From positions 3,651-67,650 of the forward strand of contig DAJR01000023.1 in NCBI GenBank assembly GCA_002496385.1: 64,000 nucleotides of DNA, given 5' to 3'. Both the position numbers and the translations under genes were made by a program. The DNA comes from Methanomassiliicoccales archaeon UBA147. Its GTDB lineage: Archaea; Thermoplasmatota; Thermoplasmata; SG8-5. A model generated the notes under the pieces. The model saw nothing but the letters and a program-made list of their open reading frames with translations. It did not search any database and was not told the DNA's origin. This document shows, one piece after another, positions 33,939 to 44,029 of this stretch. Within the stretch, counting starts at the first letter, position 1. Each line of letters begins with the position of its first letter.

Positions 33939-34769
33939 GTGCCCATGTCTGATATCGTGAAGGTAATCAAACCCAAGAGAAGTTTCTTCAACATAGATCT
34001 TCGTGAGATTTGGGCATATCGAGAATTGCTGTATTTCCTCGCATGGAAGCAGATAAAGATACGGTACAAGCAAACCGCACTCGGCGCTGCCTGGGCGATA
34101 CTGCAACCGCTTCTCACCATGGTAATATTTTCAATTATATTCGGCAAATTGCTCGGAGTGGCCTCGGACGGTGTGCCGTACCCGATATTCGCCTACTCCG
34201 GCCTGATAATATGGACGTACTTCTCCGTGTCATTGACCCAGGCCTCAACGAGCCTGGTGTCGAATTCGAACCTGGTTTCGAAAGTGTATTTCCCAAGGTT
34301 ATTGCTCCCGATGAGCGCCTGCCTCGCCGGCCTCCTGGATTACGCGATTGCTTCAATCGTCCTCGTGGGCCTCATGTTCTATTTCAACGTGTTCTGCACG
34401 GCATGGGTCATAATATTGCCGGTGCTGGTGCTCATGTCGATGCTCCTGGCTTCAGGCATCGGTTTCTGGCTGTCTGCTGTATCGGTGAAGTACAGGGACG
34501 TGCAATACGCCATCCCGTTCTTCGTGCAGATTCTTCTGTACGCCACGCCAATAATCTACCCGGTCAGCATAATCAGCGGGAAATACAGCTGGCTTCTGAA
34601 CCTGAATCCACTTACAGGGATAGTCACTGTCCATCGCGCCATCCTCCTCGGCAACCCAGTCCTGGACTGGACCTCCCTGGGCATTTCCGCAATATTCACG
34701 GCATTGATATTCCTTTGGGGCCTTGTCTATTTCAAGAACTACGAACGCGAGTTCGCGGATGTGATATGA
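33939..34769 (+). CDS. wzm: Polysaccharide/teichoic-acid ABC transporter permease (ABC-2, Wzm/TagG)
   Basis: Six TM helices, ABC-2 signature around KQIKIRYKQTALGAAWAILQP. Confidence 0.8.
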   Translation: MPMSDIVKVIKPKRSFFNIDLREIWAYRELLYFLAWKQIKIRYKQTALGAAWAILQPLLTMVIFSIIFGKLLGVASDGVPYPIFAYSGLIIWTYFSVSLTQASTSLVSNSNLVSKVYFPRLLLPMSACLAGLLDYAIASIVLVGLMFYFNVFCTAWVIILPVLVLMSMLLASGIGFWLSAVSVKYRDVQYAIPFFVQILLYATPIIYPVSIISGKYSWLLNLNPLTGIVTVHRAILLGNPVLDWTSLGISAIFTALIFLWGLVYFKNYEREFADVI

Positions 34770-36043
34770 TGCCCGAGCCCATAATCGAGGTCAAGAACCT
34801 TTCAAAGCGCTATGTTCTGGGCATGGACATGGCTTATAAGCGACTAACGGAAACCATCACGGACAGCATCACCCACCCAATCAGAACAATTAAGAATGCC
34901 ACAGCCAAGAGAGAGGAGTTCTGGGCGCTGAAGGACGTCTCCTTCACGGTCGAGAAGGGCGATGTCGTCGGCATAATCGGCCGCAACGGCGCGGGAAAGA
35001 GCACACTGCTGAAAATCCTCTCGCAAATCACGTATCCCACAGAGGGAGAAGTGGTCCTTCGCGGGCGGGTCGGCAGCCTCCTGGAAGTGGGCACCGGATT
35101 CCATCCGGAATTATCGGGCCGTGAGAACATCTACCTGAACGGAGCCACCCTGGGAATGAAGAAGAAAGAAATAAACGAAAAATTTGAGGACATTGTAAAA
35201 TTCTCGGAAATCGGAAAATTCCTGGACACGCCAGTGAAGCGCTACTCCAGTGGCATGTATGTCCGCCTGGCATTCGCGGTTGCAGCCCACATGGACCCGG
35301 AGATACTCATTGTGGACGAGGTGCTGGCAGTTGGCGACGCGCAGTTCCAGAAGAAGTGCCTGGGGAAGATGAAGGATGTCAGCGAGGGGGGGAGAACGGT
35401 GCTGTTCGTGAGCCATAATATGGGGGCAATTGCCCAGCTATGCCAGAAATGCATATTATTGGAGAAGGGGCGGATAGTCACTTTCGGCGATACTCAGAAG
35501 GTAATTGATACGTATCTTTCCAATCTATCCAACAAAACAAGCAGTGTGATTGATTTGACAAATCCCACTTTGAGAAAAAATTCACTTGAGGACAGTTTGT
35601 TCAAATGGACACAGGCAAAGATTGTGAATTCCAAAGGGGTGGCTACTTCATCCGTTGAATTTATGGAACCATTTGACTTGGTAATCACCGGAGTATTGGA
35701 ACAAGAGGTGGAAGAATTGCACGTGGCTTTTGATTTAAAATCCGGAATGGGGGTGTTATTGTTCAATTCAATTATAGCGGATACTGACCTCCCTCAGAAT
35801 TACACTCCGGGGACAATTTCATTCAAAATTAAATTCGACCCAAATCTCCTGGGCCCAGGATTTTATTCAATCGGCATAAGTGCCAAACAGCAAGGAATCA
35901 TTGATTGGATACCGGAGGCAATTACTTTCAATGTTGAACAGGCATCCTCCCAGGACAATAAATCTGTCAGGCCAACGTACGATGGACTTATTGTTTATCC
36001 ATGCAAGTGGTCGGTTCATACTAACAATATAACAAAGGGGTGA
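34766..36043 (+). CDS. wzt: Polysaccharide ABC transporter ATP-binding protein (Wzt/TagH) with C-terminal substrate-binding domain
   Basis: GRNGAGKSTLL, YSSGMYVRLAFAVA, ILIVDEVLAVGD, plus a ~180-aa C-terminal beta domain. ATGA overlap with wzm. The long upstream ORF 34010.. is in another frame over wzm and is discarded. Confidence 0.8.
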   Translation: MMPEPIIEVKNLSKRYVLGMDMAYKRLTETITDSITHPIRTIKNATAKREEFWALKDVSFTVEKGDVVGIIGRNGAGKSTLLKILSQITYPTEGEVVLRGRVGSLLEVGTGFHPELSGRENIYLNGATLGMKKKEINEKFEDIVKFSEIGKFLDTPVKRYSSGMYVRLAFAVAAHMDPEILIVDEVLAVGDAQFQKKCLGKMKDVSEGGRTVLFVSHNMGAIAQLCQKCILLEKGRIVTFGDTQKVIDTYLSNLSNKTSSVIDLTNPTLRKNSLEDSLFKWTQAKIVNSKGVATSSVEFMEPFDLVITGVLEQEVEELHVAFDLKSGMGVLLFNSIIADTDLPQNYTPGTISFKIKFDPNLLGPGFYSIGISAKQQGIIDWIPEAITFNVEQASSQDNKSVRPTYDGLIVYPCKWSVHTNNITKG

Positions 36044-36047
36044 ATGG

Positions 36048-36641
36048 ATGAATATTTTCAAGTCAAAAAACAGCATGACAAAGCACGACGTACATGAGCA
36101 AGTACCCCCAAATTGGCATGAAGATTTCATTTCCCACTTGGCAAGCGTCGTCCGCCCCAAGGTTTATTGTGAATTGGGGTTATATCAATGCGTGGTTTTC
36201 AATAAAGTCATTCCCTATTCAGATAAATTAATCGGGGTGGACATGAACCCTGATGCAGGCAGGTACATGCAAAAATCCAGTAAAACCGCATTCATCAACC
36301 TCAGTACCACAGAATACGCCAGAGAACTTCATGCGAGACCCATCGAAATTGATATGCTATTCATAGACGCAGACCATTCAGAAGCCGCGGTTCTGGACGA
36401 TTTCAATAATTTTATTCCATTTGTGAAACCGCATGGCTTGATATTGTTGCATGATGGCCATCCCAAAGACGAACAAAGCATGGGTTCGGGTTATTGCGGA
36501 GATGGGTGGAAAGCGATAGAAGAGCTATCTCGAAATGCTCCAGAATATGAAATGGTCACAATTCCTGTTCACCCCGGATTGACCATTTGTCGCAAGCGCA
36601 AAAAACAGTTAGCGTGGCAAGAGCGGGGAATTTCTGAATGA
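36048..36641 (+). CDS. Class I SAM-dependent methyltransferase (TylF/MycF or family-3 O-methyltransferase-like; probable sugar O-MTase)
   Basis: LIGVDMNPDA, MLFIDADHSE, GLILLHDG. Confidence 0.6.
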   Translation: MNIFKSKNSMTKHDVHEQVPPNWHEDFISHLASVVRPKVYCELGLYQCVVFNKVIPYSDKLIGVDMNPDAGRYMQKSSKTAFINLSTTEYARELHARPIEIDMLFIDADHSEAAVLDDFNNFIPFVKPHGLILLHDGHPKDEQSMGSGYCGDGWKAIEELSRNAPEYEMVTIPVHPGLTICRKRKKQLAWQERGISE

Positions 36642-39385
36642 AAAATAATAAAATAGTCGGTATTTGTCAGATTTTCAACGAGCTCGAAAAGGGCAACCTT
36701 GAACGGTTCGTGAAGCACATCGAACCACTCGTTGATGCCCTGGTGGTCTATGATGACGGCAGTACCGATGGCAGCTATGAATACATGCTGAAACGCACGC
36801 CCCATGTGATACGCGGGGCAAAGAACGATTTCGTCAACGAGATAGCCCATAAACAGATTCTGTTGGCCAAAGCATTGGAATTGTCTCCGGATTTCATTCT
36901 GTGGCTGGATGCTGATGAAGTATTGACCGCCAACGCTACCCGAACAAAGTTGAATGAGTTATGTGAATATTGTGTTGAAAAAGACCTGGATGGCCTTGAT
37001 TTCCATGAACTGAACATATGGCGCAGCCACAGCTGGAGGAGATTGGACAGTCGCTATGGTGACGGGCGGTTCACGCGCCTTTGGAGAGTGAGACCGGGTA
37101 TGAACTTCGGCGAGCCCGAATCCGGGTTGCATACACGAGTTGTCCCGCCGTCCATCCAGAAAGTGGAAAAGATATCCGATGTGGCTGTGATTCATTATGG
37201 CTTTTCCTCGAAAAAGCAACTTGCATACAAATATCTGGTTTACAGGAGTCATGGGCAGCGCGGCTATAACCGCCTTGACCGGCTGATATCCGAGGAGAAG
37301 CTGGCGACAGAAAAAATTCCGAAAGATCTCTTTCCGGATGAGTTGTGGATTGATGATGAAAAACCACAGCCAATGCCTTTTTTGGAATCTCTTTCATACG
37401 TTGAGGCATACCGGGACGAGGTATTCAGGCCCAGGTTCTCCATAATCTGCCTGATTTACAAGAGCGTTGAATGGCTGAAATTCGTGCATGAGCAGGTCCT
37501 GAAATATACAGATATGGCAGACAAGGAGTTCTTCTTTGTGGCAAACGATGCCAACGATGCGGTTCTGAAATACCTGCGCGACAACTACATACCTCACCAT
37601 GTGTTTGAGAACACGCCCGAACAAAGGTCTGAATGGTACATCAATAACATTTATCGGGCTTACAACTTCTCAGCCAAGAAGGCGAGGGGCGATTTCCTTG
37701 TCTTTATCAATTCAGATATGGCATTTTCTCCCGATTGGTTTGACAATCTCTGGAAGGCGTACAATGGCTCGAACTGTGTGGCGTCCAGGCTGGTGGAGTC
37801 CGGGAAGATGAAACCGGGGCGCTTCGGCATCGAGAAGGATTTCGGGCGGACCATTGACACATACCAAGAAACGGAATTTCTGCAATACGCGGCTTCGATT
37901 TCATCATCCGAGGTGAAGGATAACGGCCTCTTCATGCCACTGCTCATCCGCAAATCGCATTTTGAAAATGTGGGTGGATATCCTGAGGGGAACATATCCC
38001 CTGAGAGCGATATCTTCAACCCAATAATAGCGAAGAAGGACGAACCGCTCATCTCTGGCGATAATGTGCTCATGAAAAAGCTCAGAAGCCAGGGAATCAT
38101 GCACCAGACTGCTTTTAACAGCATAGCATACCATTTCCAATGCGGAGAGCTGGACAGCGCAGATAATTTAACATCCAATGCAGATGGGACCAAGGTGGCG
38201 GTGTGCAATGACATCGTAACCGGCTCGATGGGGGAGAAGGTGTTGTGGGATTTCCTCCTCGAATCTCTGCCGGCATCTGTCGGCGTGGACAAGAGGGTTG
38301 TGGGGAAGGATGGCGAATATTCGAAGAATGCCAGGGAACACATAAACCGGATGCATCCGGATATTAAAGTCATCATCCAGAACGCTTCCTTCATCCGAAC
38401 CGTGGACGAGACAAAGTACACGATAGCCTTCCTCCAGGATGACCTTCGGGCCATGAACAAACAGTCCAAGGTCCAGGAGGAGAACCTGTGGCTGGCAAGG
38501 AAGGTCATCACCAATTCCATAACCACCGCAATCTCCTATCCGGAATATGATTTTGAGATCATTCCGGTGGGCATCGATTCCGAGCTTTTCAGGCCCATGG
38601 ACAAGTCAATGGTGCGGAAAGAGATGGGGGTAAAAGATGGCAGGGTTGGGATTTTTGTTGGCAATTTCTCTGAAGTGAAAGGTTGGTCCAAGGTCCGTGA
38701 GTGCATCCTGCGTTTCCCGGATATCCAGTGGATACTCGTCTCGAAATACGACGAAACATTCAGCGCGCCCAACGCCAGGGTTTTCAACAGGATACCCCAA
38801 CAGGAGCTTGCGAAACTGCTGAATTGCGCAGATTTCTTCATCATCGGGTCTCCGGTCGAGACACAGTGCCTGGCAGCTTTGGAAGCATGTCTATGCGATG
38901 TGCCCGTGATAATGCGGAACGTGGGGATTTTCACGCAATTCAGCGAGGATGAACGCTCCAGGACCGGTCTGTTCGGCGAGGATTTCATTTCCGCGATTAA
39001 TGATATCCAGAATGGAACATTCTCTCCCCGCCGTGTCGTTCTCGACAGAAAATTGACCGTGCAGGATTCCATAGAAAGATGGAAACGTTCATTGACAACG
39101 GTCTTTCAGGAAATCAAAGTTGAGGTGTTGAAATCTTCCGGCAAGGTGGCCCCGAAAAGATTCAGCAACACGCGATTCAGAATGGAACAATCGTTAAGAG
39201 ACGGGACATTCTACTATGTTTCGCGACTGAGCCGGTTGGATGTCGTTACATTCAAAGAACTCGTCAAGAGCAAAGCACCGTATCCTCTCTACTGCAGGCT
39301 GGAGAAGATGTTGTTTTTTGGCCGAAAGGTTGTTAAAAAAATCACCGGCGACAATGAGGGGTCGGTCGTGCATCTTTCCAGGTAG
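36638..39385 (+). CDS. 915-aa tri-modular glycosyltransferase (GT2-like + second GT2-like + C-terminal GT4/GT1-like)
   Basis: Module 1: VVYDDGSTDGS ... LWLDADE. Module 2: RFSIICLIYKS ... FINSDMAF. Module 3: retaining GT-B-like segment with FFIIGSPVE..AALEA. Confidence 0.75.
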   Translation: MKNNKIVGICQIFNELEKGNLERFVKHIEPLVDALVVYDDGSTDGSYEYMLKRTPHVIRGAKNDFVNEIAHKQILLAKALELSPDFILWLDADEVLTANATRTKLNELCEYCVEKDLDGLDFHELNIWRSHSWRRLDSRYGDGRFTRLWRVRPGMNFGEPESGLHTRVVPPSIQKVEKISDVAVIHYGFSSKKQLAYKYLVYRSHGQRGYNRLDRLISEEKLATEKIPKDLFPDELWIDDEKPQPMPFLESLSYVEAYRDEVFRPRFSIICLIYKSVEWLKFVHEQVLKYTDMADKEFFFVANDANDAVLKYLRDNYIPHHVFENTPEQRSEWYINNIYRAYNFSAKKARGDFLVFINSDMAFSPDWFDNLWKAYNGSNCVASRLVESGKMKPGRFGIEKDFGRTIDTYQETEFLQYAASISSSEVKDNGLFMPLLIRKSHFENVGGYPEGNISPESDIFNPIIAKKDEPLISGDNVLMKKLRSQGIMHQTAFNSIAYHFQCGELDSADNLTSNADGTKVAVCNDIVTGSMGEKVLWDFLLESLPASVGVDKRVVGKDGEYSKNAREHINRMHPDIKVIIQNASFIRTVDETKYTIAFLQDDLRAMNKQSKVQEENLWLARKVITNSITTAISYPEYDFEIIPVGIDSELFRPMDKSMVRKEMGVKDGRVGIFVGNFSEVKGWSKVRECILRFPDIQWILVSKYDETFSAPNARVFNRIPQQELAKLLNCADFFIIGSPVETQCLAALEACLCDVPVIMRNVGIFTQFSEDERSRTGLFGEDFISAINDIQNGTFSPRRVVLDRKLTVQDSIERWKRSLTTVFQEIKVEVLKSSGKVAPKRFSNTRFRMEQSLRDGTFYYVSRLSRLDVVTFKELVKSKAPYPLYCRLEKMLFFGRKVVKKITGDNEGSVVHLSR

Positions 39386-39461
39386 CCGATGTTGCGTCAA
39401 TTTTCCAGCATACCGGTGCCACCGGGTCTGTGCATAAAAGCATTTATATGCATCTGCCATA

Positions 39462-40340
39462 TTGAAACCCATCATGAAAGTGCTGGTACTTGGTTTATAT
39501 GGCATGCTTGGCCACAGATTGGCCAAAGCCCTAGCCGAACGGCATGAGGTCTGGGGAACCTGCCGCAAGATGAAGGACATTGACATCATTTCTAGAGATA
39601 AGATAATAGAGAATGTCAACGCCGATGACTTTCAGAGCGTTCTGGATGCAATAGACCGGGTCAAGCCCGACGTGGTCATCAACTGCATAGGTGTGATTAA
39701 GCAACTGAAGGCCGCAGAAGATGTGCAAATCAGCCTTGAGATTAATTCACTTTTCCCGCAGAAACTGGCCGTGGCCTGTGGAGCCTGTAATATCCGACTG
39801 ATACACTTCAGCACGGACTGCGTTTTCTCCGGCCAGAAAGGGATGTATAGGGAAAGCGACGTACCGGATGCCACGGACATCTACGGCAAGACAAAATATT
39901 TGGGGGAGATCAAAGGCCATAACTGCCTCACCATCAGGTCCTCCATCATCGGGCGCGAACTCGGCACGAAGAACGGGCTCCTGGAATGGTTCATAGCCAA
40001 CAGGGGTAAGGCCGTGAAGGGATACCGCAAGGCCATATACTCCGGATTCACAACGTTGGAAATGGGGAACATCGTGAGCAGGATGATTGAAAAGCATCCG
40101 GGCCTTTCGGGGGTGTGGCAGGTATCTTCCAAGCCAATATCCAAATACGAATTGCTCAAACTCATCAACGATAAATTCGGCCTTGGCATCACCATCGAGC
40201 CATCTGATGAAGTCCACTGCGACCGGAGCCTCGACAGCTCAAAATTCACAAAGGAGACTGGCTACAAGGCTCCGAGTTGGGAGAGCATGATAGAATCAAT
40301 ATTAAAGGATGAAACAATGTACGAGGGTGTGAAAACATGA
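39462..40340 (+). CDS. RmlD-like NAD(P)H-dependent sugar-nucleotide 4-reductase (WbvR/Cap5F-like)
   Basis: MKVLVLGLYGMLG Rossmann; catalytic YGKTK; ~290 aa. Alternative start at 39474. Confidence 0.75.
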   Translation: MKPIMKVLVLGLYGMLGHRLAKALAERHEVWGTCRKMKDIDIISRDKIIENVNADDFQSVLDAIDRVKPDVVINCIGVIKQLKAAEDVQISLEINSLFPQKLAVACGACNIRLIHFSTDCVFSGQKGMYRESDVPDATDIYGKTKYLGEIKGHNCLTIRSSIIGRELGTKNGLLEWFIANRGKAVKGYRKAIYSGFTTLEMGNIVSRMIEKHPGLSGVWQVSSKPISKYELLKLINDKFGLGITIEPSDEVHCDRSLDSSKFTKETGYKAPSWESMIESILKDETMYEGVKT

Positions 40341-41398
40341 TAATGGACGGCAAGCGAGTATTGATCACGGGCGGAACTGGCTCATTGGGAAAGGTACTGG
40401 TGAAGCGGCTATTATCGGGGGAATTGGGAACCCCGAAGCAGATTGTCGTGTTCTCAAGAGATGAGGCGAAACAGCATTTCATGCGGCTCAGTTACCTGGA
40501 AAATAAATCCGCGACCGACGAGGTCATTTATGAGAACTTCAAGAATTTGCTCACTTTCAGAATCGGCGACGTGCGGGACTTCCACAGTGTCAGCAGCGTT
40601 GTGCGGGGGGCGGATGTCATCTTCAACGCCGCGGCTCTGAAGCAGGTTCCTTCTTGCGAGTATTTTCCGTTCGAAGCGGTCCAGACCAACATTTGTGGCC
40701 CGGAGAACATCGTGCGCGCCATCAAGGAGAATGACCTAGATGTTGAGACTGTGGTGGGTATATCCACGGACAAGGCATGCAAGCCAGTGAACGTCATGGG
40801 CATGACGAAAGCACTCCAGGAGCGCGTTTTCCTGACCGCAAACCTCGATTGCAACGGCACAAGGTTCGTGTGCGTCAGATACGGGAATGTCCTGGCGTCT
40901 AGAGGGTCGGTGATACCGTTCTTCCACGAGCAGATACTGAAAGGGGGCCCTGTCACCATCACCACACCGGACATGACTCGGTTCCTGCTGAGCCTTGACC
41001 AGGCTGTGGACACAGTCTTCGCGGCTGTTAAAGAGGCAAAACCGGGTGAGACCTACATTCCGAGGGTGCCGTCGGCCAGAATTATGGATGTGGCAGATGC
41101 CCTGATTGAGAAGCGCAAGATAAAGAAGGTCATCACGGGAGTGAGGCCAGGCGAGAAGATCCATGAGATACTCATAACCGAGGAGGAGATACACAGGACT
41201 ATGGATAGGAAAAAATACTATGCCATTGCCCCAATCCTGCCGGAGCTGGCATCCGTGAAAAATATCAAGCCGGTACTCAAGGACGAATTCAGTTCGAGAG
41301 ATGACCTGATGAACACGAAACAGGTGTACCAGTTATTGAAGAAGAACCGGCTCCTCGTAGGGGACGTGACAGGTGAAGTGGGAGAGGTGTTGCGTTGA
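40337..41398 (+). CDS. UDP-GlcNAc 4,6-dehydratase / 5-epimerase, CapD/WbvB/FnlA-like
   Basis: VLITGGTGSLGK, TDKAC.PVNVMGMTK, RYGNV..SRGSV. Confidence 0.8.
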   Translation: MIMDGKRVLITGGTGSLGKVLVKRLLSGELGTPKQIVVFSRDEAKQHFMRLSYLENKSATDEVIYENFKNLLTFRIGDVRDFHSVSSVVRGADVIFNAAALKQVPSCEYFPFEAVQTNICGPENIVRAIKENDLDVETVVGISTDKACKPVNVMGMTKALQERVFLTANLDCNGTRFVCVRYGNVLASRGSVIPFFHEQILKGGPVTITTPDMTRFLLSLDQAVDTVFAAVKEAKPGETYIPRVPSARIMDVADALIEKRKIKKVITGVRPGEKIHEILITEEEIHRTMDRKKYYAIAPILPELASVKNIKPVLKDEFSSRDDLMNTKQVYQLLKKNRLLVGDVTGEVGEVLR

Positions 41399-42465
41399 AG
41401 GTTTTGACTGTTCTTGGCACCAGGCCGGAAATCATACGGCTGAGCAGAGTGATTGGCAAGCTGGATCAGAGTGCCGACCATGTGCTTGTCCATACCGGCC
41501 AGAACTATGACAAGAACCTTGATGATATCTTTTTCAAGCAGCTCAATGTCAGAAAGCCGGATTATTATCTCGGTGCCAAAGGCAGCTTTGCGGAGCAGGT
41601 CGGGATCATCCTGAAAGGCATGGAAAGCGCCCTGACCAAGGAAAAGCCGGACAAGGTGCTGGCACTGGGGGACACAAACAGCGCGCTTTCTGTCATTGTG
41701 GCCAAGCGCATGGGCATTCCTGTCTACCACATGGAAGCCGGCAACCGATGTTACGATGACCGCGTCCCTGAGGAAGTGAACCGCCGAATAATCGACCATT
41801 CCAGCGACATACTCATGCCCTACACCGAGCGCAGCCGCATGAACCTCCTGCTGGAGGGCATCCAGGGCGAGCGGATATTCGTGACAGGAAACCCCATAAA
41901 AGAGGTACTGGACCATTATCAGAAGAAGATAGATTCAAGCAAGGCCATCCAGACATTCGGCCTGAATAAAGGCAAATATTTCCTGGCTACGCTCCACAGG
42001 GCGGAAAATGTCGATGTGCCTGAGCGCCTGGATAATTTCGTCAAGGCGTTCAATGCACTTGCATCCACATACAAAGTGCCGATAATCTGGAGCGTTCACC
42101 CCCATACCCGGAAAAGACTGCAGAAGAGGAAGCTGGACAAGCGCATCATGGCCATCGAGCCTCTGGGCCTGTTCGATTTCATCAACCTGGAGAAAAATGC
42201 CATCTGCGTGCTGACGGACTCGGGCACGGTCCAAGAGGAATGCTGCATCTTCAAAGTGCCGAACGTTACCCTCAGGGATGTCACGGAAAGGCCGGAAACC
42301 ATTGAGGTGGGCAGTAATATATTAAGCGGCTCTGAACCGGGAAAAATCCGAAAATGCGTTGAACTGGCCCTCGAAAATCCTTGTAACTGGGCTCCACCGA
42401 AGGAATACCTGGTGCCTGACGTTAGCTCAGCAGTCATGAACATATTAACTGGCTACAAGCGGTGA
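41395..42465 (+). CDS. UDP-N-acetylglucosamine 2-epimerase (non-hydrolysing), WecB/WbvD/FnlC-like; TTG start
   Basis: KVLTVLGTRPEIIRL, HTGQNYD, HMEAGNR, DSGTVQEE. Confidence 0.85.
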   Translation: MKVLTVLGTRPEIIRLSRVIGKLDQSADHVLVHTGQNYDKNLDDIFFKQLNVRKPDYYLGAKGSFAEQVGIILKGMESALTKEKPDKVLALGDTNSALSVIVAKRMGIPVYHMEAGNRCYDDRVPEEVNRRIIDHSSDILMPYTERSRMNLLLEGIQGERIFVTGNPIKEVLDHYQKKIDSSKAIQTFGLNKGKYFLATLHRAENVDVPERLDNFVKAFNALASTYKVPIIWSVHPHTRKRLQKRKLDKRIMAIEPLGLFDFINLEKNAICVLTDSGTVQEECCIFKVPNVTLRDVTERPETIEVGSNILSGSEPGKIRKCVELALENPCNWAPPKEYLVPDVSSAVMNILTGYKR

Positions 42466-42469
42466 TAAT

Positions 42470-43993
42470 TTGGCGGAGAAACAACCGCTCGTTTCAATAA
42501 TAATTCCTGTCTACAACGGTTCGGATTATTTGGGAGAAGCCATAAACAGCGCATTGGCCCAGACATATAAGAATATCGAGATTATCGTCATCAACGACGG
42601 TTCCAACGATGGCGGAAAGACCGAGAAAGTTGCCAAATCGTTCGGGGATAGGATTCGATACATAAGCAAGGAAAATGGGGGGGTGGCATCGGCGCTGAAT
42701 GCCGGGATTAAGGCATCCAGAGGAGAATACATATCCTGGCTCAGCCATGATGACATGTATGACACAAATAAGATAGAGGTTCAAATTAATTTTCTAGTCA
42801 ATAAAGGATACCAAAATGTAGTGATATTTTCCGATTATGAAATTATCGATGATAAATCGGTGCATATTAGAACACAGAGTATCGACCCAAAATTTTTAAA
42901 ATCCATATACCTTACCATTTTATCAACATCTATCAATGGATGTTCAATGCTTATCCCGAGAGATTGCTTTATGATTGCTGGCAATTTCAATGAAACACTT
43001 AAAACAGTGCAAGATAATGAAATGTGGCTTCGAATTGCATCGAAAAATATAAAATTCGAATACCTCCCAGTAAGTTTGATTAAATCTCGGGTACATCCCA
43101 ACCAAACAAGCGTAAAGATTAGCGATTTTCATCAGAAGGAGAAGGACGTATTTTATCTTTGGGCTATCGACATAATACAAGGTGAAGTGAAAATAATTTT
43201 CAATGAATTAGAAGATATTGTCTTATCTAAAAAGTGCTTTAACGCCCATAGAGAGTTGATGAAAAAATGTGGAAGTGGGGAACGAAAGCTTAAGAGAGTT
43301 AATAGCATCTTCAAACATCTTGCTGCCAGATGTGGACTTCTTGATATTGCGCTTAAAGCCCAGATTGCCTTTAATTTTTCTCCGACCGAAAACAGCAAAT
43401 TCACTACGTCTTCAGATTATTGGGAGACAAGATATGCCAATGGCTGTTGCTCGGGTGGGGGATCATACGGCAAGTTGGCGATATACAAAGCGAATATTAT
43501 TAATTCCTTCGTTAAAAAATATTCAATACAAAGTGTTATTGAACTTGGCTGCGGAGATGGGAATCAATTGTCATATTATGTATTTTCAAGGTATATTGGG
43601 ATTGACGTGTCCGAGACTGCAATCACATTATGCAAGAACAAGTTCAAAGAGGATAAAACAAAAGAATTTCATTTATATTCACACTTTTTCAATGAGATGG
43701 AAAAACAAAAAGCGGAATTATCATTGTCTATCGATGTATTATATCACCTTGTAGAGGAGGAAGTATTCTCATCATATATCAATAACCTATTCAGATGTTC
43801 TGACAAATTTGTTATTATTTATTCGACCAACTTCAGTAAAAAGCAAGATGCTAAACATCACGTTGACCGTGAGATTGTTTCCTATATCGAGAAGACAATT
43901 GTTGATTTTAAATTAATTGAGCAGATTGAAAATCATTACAAAGGCCCGGAAACAATGTCAGACTTTTTCATCTATAAGAAAATTGAAGCTTAG
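42470..43993 (+). CDS. Fusion of GT2 glycosyltransferase (N) and class I SAM methyltransferase-like domain (C); AT-rich, TTG start
   Basis: VSIIIPVYNGSDYL..IIVINDGSNDG..SWLSHDDMY (GT2); IELGCGDGNQL (MTase motif I) in the C-terminal half. Confidence 0.7.
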   Translation: MAEKQPLVSIIIPVYNGSDYLGEAINSALAQTYKNIEIIVINDGSNDGGKTEKVAKSFGDRIRYISKENGGVASALNAGIKASRGEYISWLSHDDMYDTNKIEVQINFLVNKGYQNVVIFSDYEIIDDKSVHIRTQSIDPKFLKSIYLTILSTSINGCSMLIPRDCFMIAGNFNETLKTVQDNEMWLRIASKNIKFEYLPVSLIKSRVHPNQTSVKISDFHQKEKDVFYLWAIDIIQGEVKIIFNELEDIVLSKKCFNAHRELMKKCGSGERKLKRVNSIFKHLAARCGLLDIALKAQIAFNFSPTENSKFTTSSDYWETRYANGCCSGGGSYGKLAIYKANIINSFVKKYSIQSVIELGCGDGNQLSYYVFSRYIGIDVSETAITLCKNKFKEDKTKEFHLYSHFFNEMEKQKAELSLSIDVLYHLVEEEVFSSYINNLFRCSDKFVIIYSTNFSKKQDAKHHVDREIVSYIEKTIVDFKLIEQIENHYKGPETMSDFFIYKKIEA

Positions 43994-44029
43994 ATTGACA
44001 AGTTGAATTGAGGATGTTACTGGACCGGA

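Noticed and set aside
34010-34765. N-terminal extension of the wzt ORF (ORF 34010..36043)
   Set aside because: Overlaps wzm in a different frame and is Arg/Pro-rich nonsense; ABC domain begins at 34766 with ATGA coupling to wzm.
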